DNA of 64,000 nt, from assembly GCA_963812015.1 (NCBI GenBank), contig CAWETI010000003.1, forward strand, positions 1,536,001 through 1,600,000. Reading direction: 5' to 3'. Origin of the DNA: an uncultured delta proteobacterium. Its GTDB lineage: Bacteria; Desulfobacterota; Desulfobaccia; Desulfobaccales; 0-14-0-80-60-11. Position 1 is the first letter of the stretch. Every line of letters starts with the position of its first letter. The position numbers were made by a program, and so were the translations under genes. The notes under the pieces are model-generated. The model made no database searches. It was not told where the DNA came from and worked only from the letters and a program-made list of their open reading frames with translations. Positions 48,424 through 58,380 of this stretch are shown here, piece by piece.

Positions 48424-49798
48424 CCAGAGATTTTTGGAAAAACGCCTTGGAGAGAAGGGGCCAGGGTCTTTTTGTCAGTGTCCCTCCCTCCTCCCCTCAA
48501 AAGACTTGTTTAGAGGTTTTTGTCTGCTCATAGCCTTGCTGCTGGTGCTGCTCCTGGCCGGCGGGGCGGCCGGGGCGGCTGCGCCCCGGGCGGTTTACGT
48601 GCTCCGGGCGGTGGGCTCCATCAATCCGGGGCTGGGGGAATTCATGATGGAAGGCATCCGCCAGGCGGAGCGTGAAAACGCCGCAGCCCTGGTGATAGAG
48701 CTGGACACCCCCGGCGGTCTGGAAACCTCCATGCGCCAAATGGTCCAGGCCATCAGCAATGCCAGGGTCCCGGTGATCGTCTACGTCTATCCCCGGGGGG
48801 CCCGGGCCGCCTCGGCCGGGGTCTTCATCACCCTGGCGGCGGACGTGGCGGCCATGGCCCCGGGCACCAATATCGGCGCGGCCCACCCGGTCTCCGTCGG
48901 CATGGGCAAGATCGACAAGACCATGGAGAAGAAGATCCTTAACGACATGGTGGCGTTTGGGCGTTCCCTGGCCGCCGAACGGGGCCGCAACGCCGAGTGG
49001 ATGGAAAAGGCCGTCCGCCAGAGCGTCTCCATCGCCGCCAGCGAGGCCGTGAAGCTCAAGGTCGTGGACCTTATGGCGGATAATCTGGAAGACCTGCTCA
49101 CTAAGATCAACGGCCGGAATGTGGAGGTGGGAGGCAAAAAGCTGGTCCTCCACACCGTGGGGGTGCCCGTCAAGGAGATCCCCGAAGGGATGCGTTTCCG
49201 GGTGTTGAAGTACATTGCCGACCCCAACATCGCCTTTATCCTGATGATGGTCGGCCTGGCGGGCATCTATTTCGAGTTCGCCCATCCGGGAGTGGTGCTC
49301 CCCGGGGTCATCGGCGCCATCTGCCTGCTCTTGGCTTTTTTCGCCTTTCAGACCCTGCCTATCAATATTATCGGTATCCTATTGATCTTCCTGGCGTTTA
49401 TTTTCTTCATCCTGGAATTTAAAATCACCAGCTACGGCCTGCTGTCCGTGGCCGGGTTGGTCTCCCTGTTGTTAGGGGGTATGATGTTGTTTCATGGAGG
49501 TGAAGGAGGCGTGGATATTTCCTGGAGTGTCTTGATTCCTACGGTGGCCATCGTCTCTCTGTTCTTTATCATGGTGGCCGGGATTGTCTTTCGCAGCCAC
49601 CGGCGGCGTTCCACGACCGGCGCCGCCGGCATGGTGGGGGTGCGAGGCACGGCCTACACCCCTCTGAACCCGGAAGGGCAGGTCTTTGTCCACGGCGAGT
49701 ACTGGCAGGCTGTGAGTGACGAGCCCATTGCCAAAGGGGAAGCCGTGGTGGTGTTGGAGGTAGTGGATTTGAAGCTCCGGGTGCGCCGGGCTCAATAA
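48410..49798 (+). CDS. nfeD: NfeD-like membrane-bound serine protease (long form)
   Basis: LDTPGG, AASAG, NIGAAHP, TM domain and C-terminal OB fold (GQVFVHGEYW); paired with an SPFH gene. Confidence 0.9.
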   Translation: MKKINQRFLEKRLGEKGPGSFCQCPSLLPSKDLFRGFCLLIALLLVLLLAGGAAGAAAPRAVYVLRAVGSINPGLGEFMMEGIRQAERENAAALVIELDTPGGLETSMRQMVQAISNARVPVIVYVYPRGARAASAGVFITLAADVAAMAPGTNIGAAHPVSVGMGKIDKTMEKKILNDMVAFGRSLAAERGRNAEWMEKAVRQSVSIAASEAVKLKVVDLMADNLEDLLTKINGRNVEVGGKKLVLHTVGVPVKEIPEGMRFRVLKYIADPNIAFILMMVGLAGIYFEFAHPGVVLPGVIGAICLLLAFFAFQTLPINIIGILLIFLAFIFFILEFKITSYGLLSVAGLVSLLLGGMMLFHGGEGGVDISWSVLIPTVAIVSLFFIMVAGIVFRSHRRRSTTGAAGMVGVRGTAYTPLNPEGQVFVHGEYWQAVSDEPIAKGEAVVVLEVVDLKLRVRRAQ

Positions 49799-49810
49799 AA
49801 GGAGGCAGGC

Positions 49811-50620
49811 ATGTTTCAGTATCTTTCCGGTACTCTTCTCTTTGTCATCATCATCGCGGTGTTCTTCCTGATGAGCGCCATCAAGATCTTGAATGAATTC
49901 GAACGGGGCGTGATCTTCCGGTTGGGGCGGGCTCTGCCCTATCCCAAGGGGCCGGGGCTGATCCTCTTGATCCCCATGATCGACCGGCTGGTCAAAGTCA
50001 ACCTGCAGCTGGTGACCTATGACGTCCCCCCCCAGGACATCATCACCCGGGACAATGTCACCATGAAGGTGAACGCGGTGGTCTATTTCCGGGTCATCGA
50101 CCCACTGAAGGCGATCATCGAGGTCCGGGATTACTGGAATGCCACCCAGTTGCTGGCCCAGACCACCCTCCGGAGCGTCTGCGGCCAGGTGGAGCTGGAC
50201 GAATTGCTCTCGGCCCGGGAAAAAGTCAACGCCCAACTGGCGGAGATCCTGGACAAACATACCGATCCCTGGGGCATCAAAGTGACCCTGGTGGAACTCC
50301 GGGCCATCGACCTGCCCATCGAGATGCAGCGGGCCATGGCCAAGCAGGCCGAGGCCGAGCGGGAACGGCGGGGCAAGGTGATCAACGCCGAGGGCGAATT
50401 TCAGGCCGCCGCCAAGATGGCCGAAGCCGCCCATGTCATGGCCGCCGAGCCCATGTCTCTGCAACTGCGCTACCTCCAGACCTTAAGGGAGATCGCCGCG
50501 GAGAAGAACTCCACCACCCTGTTCCCCATCCCCATCGACCTGATTACCCCCTTCATCAAGATGGCGAACCGGTGGGAGAGGTTGGAGGAGGAGAAGGAGA
50601 AGGAGCAGGAGAAGGGGTAA
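49811..50620 (+). CDS. SPFH/stomatin-like (slipin) protein
   Basis: [36 protein letters not shown]. Confidence 0.93.
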   Translation: MFQYLSGTLLFVIIIAVFFLMSAIKILNEFERGVIFRLGRALPYPKGPGLILLIPMIDRLVKVNLQLVTYDVPPQDIITRDNVTMKVNAVVYFRVIDPLKAIIEVRDYWNATQLLAQTTLRSVCGQVELDELLSAREKVNAQLAEILDKHTDPWGIKVTLVELRAIDLPIEMQRAMAKQAEAERERRGKVINAEGEFQAAAKMAEAAHVMAAEPMSLQLRYLQTLREIAAEKNSTTLFPIPIDLITPFIKMANRWERLEEEKEKEQEKG

Positions 50621-50891
50621 GAAGTTTGCCAGCCGGCTGAAAATTTGTCATCCGGAACGGAGTGGCAGATAAAGAACATAAATTTTCGGTTTTCTGTAAG
50701 GGGCCGATGCCCCGGATGGCTCTTTAAGGTTGAGGAATCGGCGAAATATCGGTAAAGTTAAGGGAACGCTGGGGAAAAAGCTCCGGCTGGCGGGGCGCCG
50801 GGAGCCGGGGTCCGGTGCGGAAACCAAAATAATCTAAAAGGGTAGGGGGGGTAATCCTGCCCCTACCAGAAAATACCACAGGAGAGACAGC

Positions 50892-51224
50892 ATGGCCAAA
50901 AAGGAACGCAAAGAGAAAAAGGAAAAACCCCTGGACAAGATGACCGCCACGGAAATGCGGAAGTACGCCCTGGACCTGGGAGAGATCAGCGGGGTGCACG
51001 GCATGAATAAAGAGGAGTTGTTGAGCGCCATCAAGCAGGTGAAGGGCATCAAGGATGAAGGCAAGGTCACCGAGAAGGTCAGCATGCGGGACTTGAAGGA
51101 AAAAGCCGCCGCGATGCGGGCCAAAAAACTGGCAGCCATCGCCGCCGGAGAACCCCAGGTGAAGATCGATATCCTGCGCAAGAAAGCCAACCGCATGAAG
51201 AAGCGCACCCGCCGGGCGGCGTGA
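50892..51224 (+). CDS. Small basic protein with Rho N-terminal-like domain
   Basis: KPLDKMTATEMR...GVHGMNKEELLSAI; GGAG RBS. Confidence 0.75.
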   Translation: MAKKERKEKKEKPLDKMTATEMRKYALDLGEISGVHGMNKEELLSAIKQVKGIKDEGKVTEKVSMRDLKEKAAAMRAKKLAAIAAGEPQVKIDILRKKANRMKKRTRRAA

Positions 51225-51300
51225 TTTTGCCCGCATAAGATATTTTTATCAAGGTAGGGGCGGGTTTTAAACTCGCCCCTTTGCAGTTTGGAGATGAGCC

Positions 51301-51498
51301 ATGAAATATCTGGTGGTGCTTAAGAAGACCGAGGAAGGCTATAGTGTTTCCTGCCCGGGATTGCCTGGATGTTGGTCCCAAGGCGAAACCGAAGCGGAAG
51401 CCATGGAGAATATTCAAGATGCCATCCAGGAATATTTGGCTGCCGTAACTCAATCAGTTCGGGGCGAGGATGTGCGGGAAATTGACGTTGCTGGGTGA
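51301..51498 (+). CDS. hicB: HicB family antitoxin (short form)
   Basis: GYSVSCPGLPGCWSQGETEAEAMENIQDAI. Confidence 0.9.
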   Translation: MKYLVVLKKTEEGYSVSCPGLPGCWSQGETEAEAMENIQDAIQEYLAAVTQSVRGEDVREIDVAG

Positions 51499-51500
51499 GT

Positions 51501-51716
51501 ATGCCGAAGATTCCCGGCATTAACCATCTTCAAGCCATCAGGGCTTTGAGAAGAGCAGGTTTCCGGCTGGTGCGTCAGGGTCGAAAACATGTGGTCCTGT
51601 CTAATGGCATTCGCTTTTTGACTATTCCCCGTCATAATCCCATCAATGGCTATACCATGGGCGGGATCGTGCGTGATGCGGGATTGAGCGTAGATGAGTT
51701 CCTTGATTTGCTTTAA
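51501..51716 (+). CDS. hicA: HicA family toxin
   Basis: ALRRAGF..RQGRKH, LTIPRH, IVRDAGLSVDEF. Confidence 0.9.
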   Translation: MPKIPGINHLQAIRALRRAGFRLVRQGRKHVVLSNGIRFLTIPRHNPINGYTMGGIVRDAGLSVDEFLDLL

Positions 51717-51946
51717 CGATATCTTGCCCAAGAAATCCAACCCTTGGCAGTAACCTTTTCTGCCGTTCCCACCCATTAAGGTATTCCGTTTCTTAAAATC
51801 AGGGTTTTGCCGCGGTTAATCCGGTTTGCCCTGATTTTCCTTCAAGAGGTTTTCTCCTAATGTGTCACTACTTGCCCCAGTACCCCTCGTAAGGCGCCGC
51901 GGGCATGAGTTCCCCCTCAACCGCCCCTACCCCCGGGGCGAACCCG

Positions 51947-51978
51947 GCCCCGGTCTCACCCGAGACCGGGGCTTTTTT
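51947..51978 (+). terminator. Intrinsic terminator
   Basis: Perfect 11-bp stem GCCCCGGTCTC-ACCC-GAGACCGGGGC followed by T6. Confidence 0.85.
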
Positions 51979-52113
51979 GTCCGGGGGGCCACACAGGTGT
52001 GCCCCTCCGCACAATTCATTCATTTTCGACTGCAACCCGGTATTGCCGGGCCTCATTACTCCGCCATAAGAACAATCCACCCGGATACGAACTCTTTCAT
52101 GATTTATGCGGGG

Positions 52114-52148
52114 AAAAAGAAAGGGCCAGGGGAACGGCCCCTGACCCT
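52114..52148 (-). terminator. Intrinsic terminator of the nuo operon
   Basis: Minus strand AGGGTCAGGGG-CCGTT-CCCCTGGCCCT-TTCTTTTT, 25 nt after the nuoN stop. Confidence 0.8.
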
Positions 52149-52172
52149 GAGGATTTCGCTAGGCTTATGGGT

Positions 52173-53633
52173 TTACAAGCCCGGGAAGATCTTCACCGCA
52201 TTCATAGCCAGGTTGTAGAGGCACCCCGGGAAGATGCCGATGGCCAGCACCCCGGCGGCGGTGACGGCCACCACCGCGGTCTGGGCCGGGGAAAAGGTGA
52301 CCAAGCCTAGGTCCGCCTCCGCCGGCTTCATATACATGAGCACGGTGATGCGGAGATAGTAGAAGACCGACACCAGGGAGTTCATGACCCCGATGATGGC
52401 CAGCCAGATATAGCCGGCCTGGATGGCGGCGGAGAAGATATAGAACTTGCCCACGAAACCCGCGGTGGGGGGAATCCCCGCCAGGGCGAACATGAACAGG
52501 GCCATGGAGGCGGCCAGGACCGGATGCTGGGCCCCCAGGCCCGAGTAGTCGTAGATGTTGAGATAGCTGTCCTTTTTCCGCCCCACCAGGATCACCACCC
52601 CGAAGGCCCCCAGGTTCATCAGGGTATAGGCCAACAGGTAGTACAGCAGGCTCACAGCCCCCAGCTGGTTGGCGGCCACCAGGGCCACCAGCAGATAGCC
52701 GGCGTGGGCGATGGAGGAGTAGGCCAGCATGCGTTTGATATTGGTCTGGGAGATGGCGGCGACGTTTCCGATGGTCATGGTAGCCACGGCCAGGACCCAC
52801 AGGAGCATGGTCCAGTCCACCTTCATGGCCGGGAAGGCCAGGAAGAAGACCCGGGCGAAGGCGGCGAAGGCGGCGGCCTTGACGGCCACGGCCATGAACG
52901 CGGTCACCGAGGTGGGGGCGCCTTCATAGACGTCCGGGGTCCACATATGGAAGGGGGCCGAGGCCACTTTGAAGCCGAAGCCCACGATCAACAGGCCCAT
53001 GCCCAGGAGGACCAGGGGCTGCATGGCCGGATCGGCGCCTAAACGCGATGGCAGGTCGCTCAAAAACAGCGTGCCCCCCGAGGCCCCATAGAGCATGGCC
53101 ATGCCGAAGAGCAGAAAGGCGCTGGAGAACGACCCCAGGATGAGGTACTTCAACGCCGCTTCATTGGAGCGCAAATCTTCCCGAAAAAGGCCCGCCAGGA
53201 CATAAACCGCGATGGACATGACCTCCAGGCCCAGGAAGATCATGATCAGGTGGGCCCCCGCCGCCATGAGCATCATGCCCACGGTGGCGAAGAGCATGAG
53301 GGCGTAGTATTCGCCCATATTCTTGCCGTAGTCTTCCAGGTACTGCCGGGAGATGAGCACCGTCAGGGCCGCGCCCAGGATGAAGATCATATAGAAGAAA
53401 CAAGAGTAGTTATCCAGGTAGACCATGCGGGCGAAATCGGTGCCGTTTTGCCCCCAGAGGCCGATGGTCTGGATGGCGGCCACCGCCAGGCCCACCAGGG
53501 CGACCCAGGAAAAGCACCCCTTCTGCCCTTTGGGGGAGAGGGCATCCAACACCAGGATGAGGATGGCGGTCACGGTGAGCGTCAGCCAAGGCCCGATGCT
53601 GCTCAGATGGAAGCTGGGGATGATGAGGTTCAT
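52173..53633 (-). CDS. nuoN: Complex I subunit N
   Basis: EAALKY, FKVASAPFHMWTPDVYEGAP, KRMLAYSSIAHAGY. Confidence 0.96.
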   Translation of the reverse strand: MNLIIPSFHLSSIGPWLTLTVTAILILVLDALSPKGQKGCFSWVALVGLAVAAIQTIGLWGQNGTDFARMVYLDNYSCFFYMIFILGAALTVLISRQYLEDYGKNMGEYYALMLFATVGMMLMAAGAHLIMIFLGLEVMSIAVYVLAGLFREDLRSNEAALKYLILGSFSSAFLLFGMAMLYGASGGTLFLSDLPSRLGADPAMQPLVLLGMGLLIVGFGFKVASAPFHMWTPDVYEGAPTSVTAFMAVAVKAAAFAAFARVFFLAFPAMKVDWTMLLWVLAVATMTIGNVAAISQTNIKRMLAYSSIAHAGYLLVALVAANQLGAVSLLYYLLAYTLMNLGAFGVVILVGRKKDSYLNIYDYSGLGAQHPVLAASMALFMFALAGIPPTAGFVGKFYIFSAAIQAGYIWLAIIGVMNSLVSVFYYLRITVLMYMKPAEADLGLVTFSPAQTAVVAVTAAGVLAIGIFPGCLYNLAMNAVKIFPGL

Positions 53634-55165
53634 TGCGCCTCCCCCTTAAACACATGGGATTGAGAAACCTGCGTGGACTTGGCTTTAGCCATCATGGCCA
53701 GGAAGTTCTGCGTCGACGCCTTGGTCTTATCTAAAAAGGTGCTGGGGTAGACCCCGATCCAGATGATGAAGAGGATCAGGGGCGCAAAGATGGCGATTTC
53801 CCGCCAAGACAGGTCCTTGAGGTCCTTGTTTTTCTCGTTGGTCACCTTGCCGAATACCACCCGCTGGAACATCCACAACATGTAGCAGGCCGCGAAGATG
53901 ACCCCGGTGGCGGCAATGACCGCGTAGAGCTTGTTGACCTTAAAGGTCCCCAGAAGGATGAGGAACTCACCCACGAAGCCGTTCAACCCCGGCAGCCCGA
54001 TGGAAGACAGGGTCACGATCATGAAGATGATGGCAAAGATGGGCATCGGCGTACACAGGCCGCCGAATTCCGAGATCATCCGGGTGTGGCGCCGCTCGTA
54101 AATCGTGCCGACGATCAAGAACAAGGCCCCGGTGGACAGCCCGTGGTTGATCATCTGGATGATGCCCCCCTGGACCCCCGGCATGGTGAAGGTAAACAGG
54201 CCCAGCATGACAAAGCCCAGGTGGCTTACCGAGGAGAAGGCGATGAGGCGCTTCAGATCTTTTTGCACCATGGAGACCAGGGCGCCGTAAACGATGCCGA
54301 TGACCGCCAGGATGCTGAACAGGGGCACAAAGTAGTGGGCCGCCTCGGGAAAGAGCGGCATGTTGAAGCGCAGGAAGCCGTAAGTCCCCATCTTCAAGAG
54401 CACTGCCGCCAGGATGACCGACCCCACGGTGGGGGCTTCGGTGTGGGCATCCGGCAACCAGGTGTGGAAGGGGAACATGGGCACCTTGATGGCAAACGCC
54501 AACCCGAAGGCCAGGAACATCCAGAACTGCAGGTTGAAGGGGATCGAGATGCTATAGAGCTTCAACAGGTCGAAGGTATATGTGCCGGTGGTCTTGCCGT
54601 AGTGGAAGTAGAGGACCAGAATGGCCACTAACATCAGCAAGGAGCCGAACATGGTGAACAGGAAGAACTTGATGGCCGCATAGACCCGGCGGGCCGGATT
54701 GCCCCAGACGCCGATGAGCAGGTACATGGGGATGAGCATCACTTCCCAGAAGACGTAGAACAGAAAGAGGTCCAGGGAAACGAAGACGCCGATCATGCCG
54801 CTCATCAGGGCCAGCAGGCATACCATGAATTCCTTGACCCGGTGCTGGATGTCATCCCAGGTGGCCAGCACGCACAGGGGGGTCAGAAAGGTGGTGAGCA
54901 TGATGAGCAGCAAGGAAAAGCCGTCCACCCCCACGTAGTAGCTGACGCCGTAGGCCGGCAGCCATTCCCGCCGCTCCACGAACTGCATGGCCGCGGTCTG
55001 ACTGTTGAAATTAAACCAGAGGGGCAGGGAAAAGAGGAACTCCGCCACGGTTATGGCCAGGGTGGCGACCTTCAGGCCCTTGTGGTGCTTCCGGTTCAGG
55101 ATCAGCAGTATCCCTATCCCCACCAGGGGGAAGAAGATCAGAATGGAGAGGATTGGTAGTTGCAT
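53630..55165 (-). CDS. nuoM: Complex I subunit M
   Basis: FYVFWE, KVPMFPFHTWLPDAHTEAP, LLKMG, GFVGE. Confidence 0.96.
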   Translation of the reverse strand: MQLPILSILIFFPLVGIGILLILNRKHHKGLKVATLAITVAEFLFSLPLWFNFNSQTAAMQFVERREWLPAYGVSYYVGVDGFSLLLIMLTTFLTPLCVLATWDDIQHRVKEFMVCLLALMSGMIGVFVSLDLFLFYVFWEVMLIPMYLLIGVWGNPARRVYAAIKFFLFTMFGSLLMLVAILVLYFHYGKTTGTYTFDLLKLYSISIPFNLQFWMFLAFGLAFAIKVPMFPFHTWLPDAHTEAPTVGSVILAAVLLKMGTYGFLRFNMPLFPEAAHYFVPLFSILAVIGIVYGALVSMVQKDLKRLIAFSSVSHLGFVMLGLFTFTMPGVQGGIIQMINHGLSTGALFLIVGTIYERRHTRMISEFGGLCTPMPIFAIIFMIVTLSSIGLPGLNGFVGEFLILLGTFKVNKLYAVIAATGVIFAACYMLWMFQRVVFGKVTNEKNKDLKDLSWREIAIFAPLILFIIWIGVYPSTFLDKTKASTQNFLAMMAKAKSTQVSQSHVFKGEAQ

Positions 55166-55174
55166 GTGCCCCCC

Positions 55175-57073
55175 CTAACGCCCGATAAGATAGCCGGTGA
55201 CGAGCACCGCACCGAGGAGGATGGCCAGGGCGTAACTTTGCACAAACCCGGTCTCCAGCTTTCGGAGGTGGCTGCTCAGCCAACCGACGGTAGTGGCGCT
55301 GCCGTTCACCGCGCCGTCAATGACATTTTCGTCCACGTTGTGCCACAGGAAGTCGGAGCCGTTCTTGATGGGCTCCACCACCGTGGCGTCATAGACCTCG
55401 TCCATGTAGTACTTGTGGTACACCAGGTCGTAGATGACCGGGATTTTCTCGATCACCTTTTCTGGCAGTTCGGGTTTCTTCATATAGAACTTGTAAGCCA
55501 TAAAGATACCCGACGCGGCCACCGCCATGGAAAAGACCATCATGGTGATTTCGAACCAGGCCGGGGCGTGCACCTCATGCACCAGCGGAGTAATGGCCGG
55601 GGCCAGGAACTCCTTGAATTTATTGGCGCCTTCGATGATGGGGAAGCCCACCAGGCCGCCCACCACCGAGAGCCCCGCCAGGGTCATCAGGGGCACGGTC
55701 ATCAGGGGCGGTGATTCATGGGGATGCACATGATGATGGTCGAACTTTTCCTCGCCGTGGAAGGTCATGAACACCGCCCGGAACATATAGAAGGCGGTGA
55801 TGAAGGCCGCCACGGTGGCGATGCCCCAGAAGACCGTATGGCCGCTCACCAGGGAGTGGAACAGGATCTCATCCTTGCTGAAGAAACCGGCGAAGGGGAA
55901 AATCCCGGCGATGGCCAGGGTGGCCAGGATAAAGGTCCAGTACGTGATGGGCATGTACTTTTTCAGGTTGCCCATGTTGCGCATGTCTTGTTCGCCGTGC
56001 ATGCCGTGGATGACGGAGCCGGACCCCAAGAAGAGGAGGGCCTTAAAAAAGGCGTGGGTCATGAGATGGAAGATGCCGGAGGTAAAGGCCCCCACCCCAC
56101 AGGCCAGAAACATATAGCCCAACTGGCTCACGGTGGAGTAAGCCAGGACGCGCTTGATGTCGAATTGGGTAATGCCGATGGTGGCCGCATAGATGGCCGT
56201 GAGCGCCCCCACTCCCGCCACCACCGTCATGGAGATGGGCGACAGAACAAACATGGTGCTGCACCGGGTCACCATGAAGACGCCGGCGGTGACCATGGTG
56301 GCCGCATGGATCAAGGCGGATACCGGGGTGGGACCTTCCATGGCGTCAGGCAACCAGGTATACAGGGGTATCTGGGCCGATTTGCCGGTGGCCCCTAAAA
56401 ATAGGCACAGGGTGATAGCGGTAAGGACCCCGGACCCCATGGGAAACTTGGCAGCCAGGGGAAAGACATCCGCGAAGTTCACCGACCCAAAGGTCCAGAA
56501 GATCAGGAAGACGCCCAAGAGGAACCCGAAGTCGCCGATCCGGTTGACCACAAAGGCTTTTTTGCCCGCGTCGGACGCCGACTGCTTTTCATACCAGAAC
56601 CCGATGAGCAGATAAGAACAGAGACCGACGCCTTCCCAGCCCACGAACATCAGGAGGAAGTTGTTGGCGCTCACCAGGATGAGCATGGCGAAGACGAAGA
56701 GGTTCAGGTAAGCGAAATAACGGTAAAAGCCCTCGTCTTCGGCCATATAGCCGATGGAATAGATATGGATGAGGGTGCTCACCCCGGAAACCACCAGCAG
56801 CATGATCAGGGAGAGGGGGTCGATCAGGAAGGCCACCGAGACTTTGAAGGTCCCCGAGGCGATCCAGGTGTACATCACCTTTTCCACCGCGTGGACCCCC
56901 TCCGGGAGCTTTAGGAATTCCAGGAAGATCGCCACGGTGACCAGAAAACTCAAGCCCACAGCCGCGGCGCCGATGGTTCCCACCACTCCCTTGGGCAGAC
57001 TCTTGCCCACCAGGCCGTTGATCAGAAAGCCGATGAGGGGAAAGAGGGGTATCAGCCAGACATAATCCATCAT
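55175..57073 (-). CDS. nuoL: Complex I subunit L
   Basis: GWEGVGLCSYLLI, KSAQIP..WLPDAMEGPTPVSALIHAATMV, HAFFKA. Confidence 0.96.
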   Translation of the reverse strand: MMDYVWLIPLFPLIGFLINGLVGKSLPKGVVGTIGAAAVGLSFLVTVAIFLEFLKLPEGVHAVEKVMYTWIASGTFKVSVAFLIDPLSLIMLLVVSGVSTLIHIYSIGYMAEDEGFYRYFAYLNLFVFAMLILVSANNFLLMFVGWEGVGLCSYLLIGFWYEKQSASDAGKKAFVVNRIGDFGFLLGVFLIFWTFGSVNFADVFPLAAKFPMGSGVLTAITLCLFLGATGKSAQIPLYTWLPDAMEGPTPVSALIHAATMVTAGVFMVTRCSTMFVLSPISMTVVAGVGALTAIYAATIGITQFDIKRVLAYSTVSQLGYMFLACGVGAFTSGIFHLMTHAFFKALLFLGSGSVIHGMHGEQDMRNMGNLKKYMPITYWTFILATLAIAGIFPFAGFFSKDEILFHSLVSGHTVFWGIATVAAFITAFYMFRAVFMTFHGEEKFDHHHVHPHESPPLMTVPLMTLAGLSVVGGLVGFPIIEGANKFKEFLAPAITPLVHEVHAPAWFEITMMVFSMAVAASGIFMAYKFYMKKPELPEKVIEKIPVIYDLVYHKYYMDEVYDATVVEPIKNGSDFLWHNVDENVIDGAVNGSATTVGWLSSHLRKLETGFVQSYALAILLGAVLVTGYLIGR

Positions 57074-57083
57074 GGGGTTCGCC

Positions 57084-57389
57084 TCACCACTTGAGGATGT
57101 TGAGATCGTCTACGTAGACGGTGCCGCGATTGCGGAAGATGGCCACGATCAGGGCCAGTCCCACCGCCACTTCAGCCGCGGCCACGGTCAGGACAAAGAA
57201 CACGAACATCTGGCCGTCCACCGCTTTGAAGTAATCGGCAAAGCCGATGAAGGCCAGGTTGACGGCATTGAGCATCATTTCGATGCACATGTAGATGACC
57301 AGGGCGTTGCGCCGGATCAGGACCCCGATCACCCCCAGGGCGAACAGGGCCACGCTCAAGGCCAGGTAATATTGGACAGGCACTACCAT
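57084..57389 (-). CDS. nuoK: Complex I subunit K
   Basis: [18 protein letters not shown]. Confidence 0.96.
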   Translation of the reverse strand: MVVPVQYYLALSVALFALGVIGVLIRRNALVIYMCIEMMLNAVNLAFIGFADYFKAVDGQMFVFFVLTVAAAEVAVGLALIVAIFRNRGTVYVDDLNILKW

Positions 57390-57409
57390 CCGGAATTCTC
57401 CCTCGCCGG

Positions 57410-57907
57410 CTACTTCAGCCGGGATTTGGCCAGCACCACGGCCCCCACGATGGCCACCAGGAGCAGGACCGAGGTGACTTCAAAGGGCAGCAGATAGTCG
57501 GTGAACAGACTCCGGGCGATGGATTCGGTGTTGCCCAAACCCGGGGCCATTTCCTTGCCGGTGGTCAGTACGGCTTTAGTCACGCCGTAAATCAGGATCA
57601 GCCCGGTGAAGCCCGCCAGAATGATGCCCCCCAGTTTCCGTCCGATAAAGGGGATCTTGGGCTCCTCCTCCGGCTGCCTGATATTCAGGAGCATGATGAC
57701 AAACAGGAACAGCACCATGATGGCCCCGGCGTAAACGATCACCTGGATGGCGGCGATGAATTCGGCGTGGGCCAGCAGGTAGATGCCTGCCACCGCAAAG
57801 AAGTTGACGATGAGCCAGAGGGCGCTCCTCAGGGGGTGCTTCTGAAAGACCACCAGGCCACCGGATACCAGGGCCACGGCGCCCAGGATGAAAAACAGCG
57901 TCTGCAT
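57410..57907 (-). CDS. nuoJ: Complex I subunit J
   Basis: [26 protein letters not shown]. Confidence 0.96.
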   Translation of the reverse strand: MQTLFFILGAVALVSGGLVVFQKHPLRSALWLIVNFFAVAGIYLLAHAEFIAAIQVIVYAGAIMVLFLFVIMLLNIRQPEEEPKIPFIGRKLGGIILAGFTGLILIYGVTKAVLTTGKEMAPGLGNTESIARSLFTDYLLPFEVTSVLLLVAIVGAVVLAKSRLK

Positions 57908-57945
57908 CCCTCGGGCCTCCTATTCCTGCCGCACCGCATGGGGTT

Positions 57946-58377
57946 TCATAACCAATCCCCCAGGCGCAGTTGCGGCTTACTTTGGGTGGCTGTCTCGATG
58001 TCGAGGACGAGCACCTTTTTGTCGTATTGAGCCAGTTCGTAAAGGTTGTTCAGCTTGATGGCGCCCTTGGGACAGGCCTCCTGGCAGAAGCCGCAGAAGA
58101 TGCAGCGCTGCAAGTCGATGGTGAAGGCCACCGGGTACTTCTCGTGTTCCGCACCTTCAGCCGCGACAATGGCCTTGATGGCGTTACTCGGGCAGACCAC
58201 CATGCACAGGGTGCAGGCCACGCAACGCCGGCTCCCGTCCTCATTGATGGTGAGTTCCGGATGGCCCCGCCAGCGAGGCGAGGGCACCCGTTTCTCTTCC
58301 GGATACTGGAGGGTGAGGGGTTTGCTGAAAACCATCCTGAGGGTGGTCGCCAACCCTTTGAGCAAAGGAATAATCAT
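57946..58377 (-). CDS. nuoI: Complex I subunit I
   Basis: TLQYPEE; two CxxCxxCxxxCP motifs. Confidence 0.96.
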   Translation of the reverse strand: MIIPLLKGLATTLRMVFSKPLTLQYPEEKRVPSPRWRGHPELTINEDGSRRCVACTLCMVVCPSNAIKAIVAAEGAEHEKYPVAFTIDLQRCIFCGFCQEACPKGAIKLNNLYELAQYDKKVLVLDIETATQSKPQLRLGDWL

Positions 58378-58380
58378 AGA

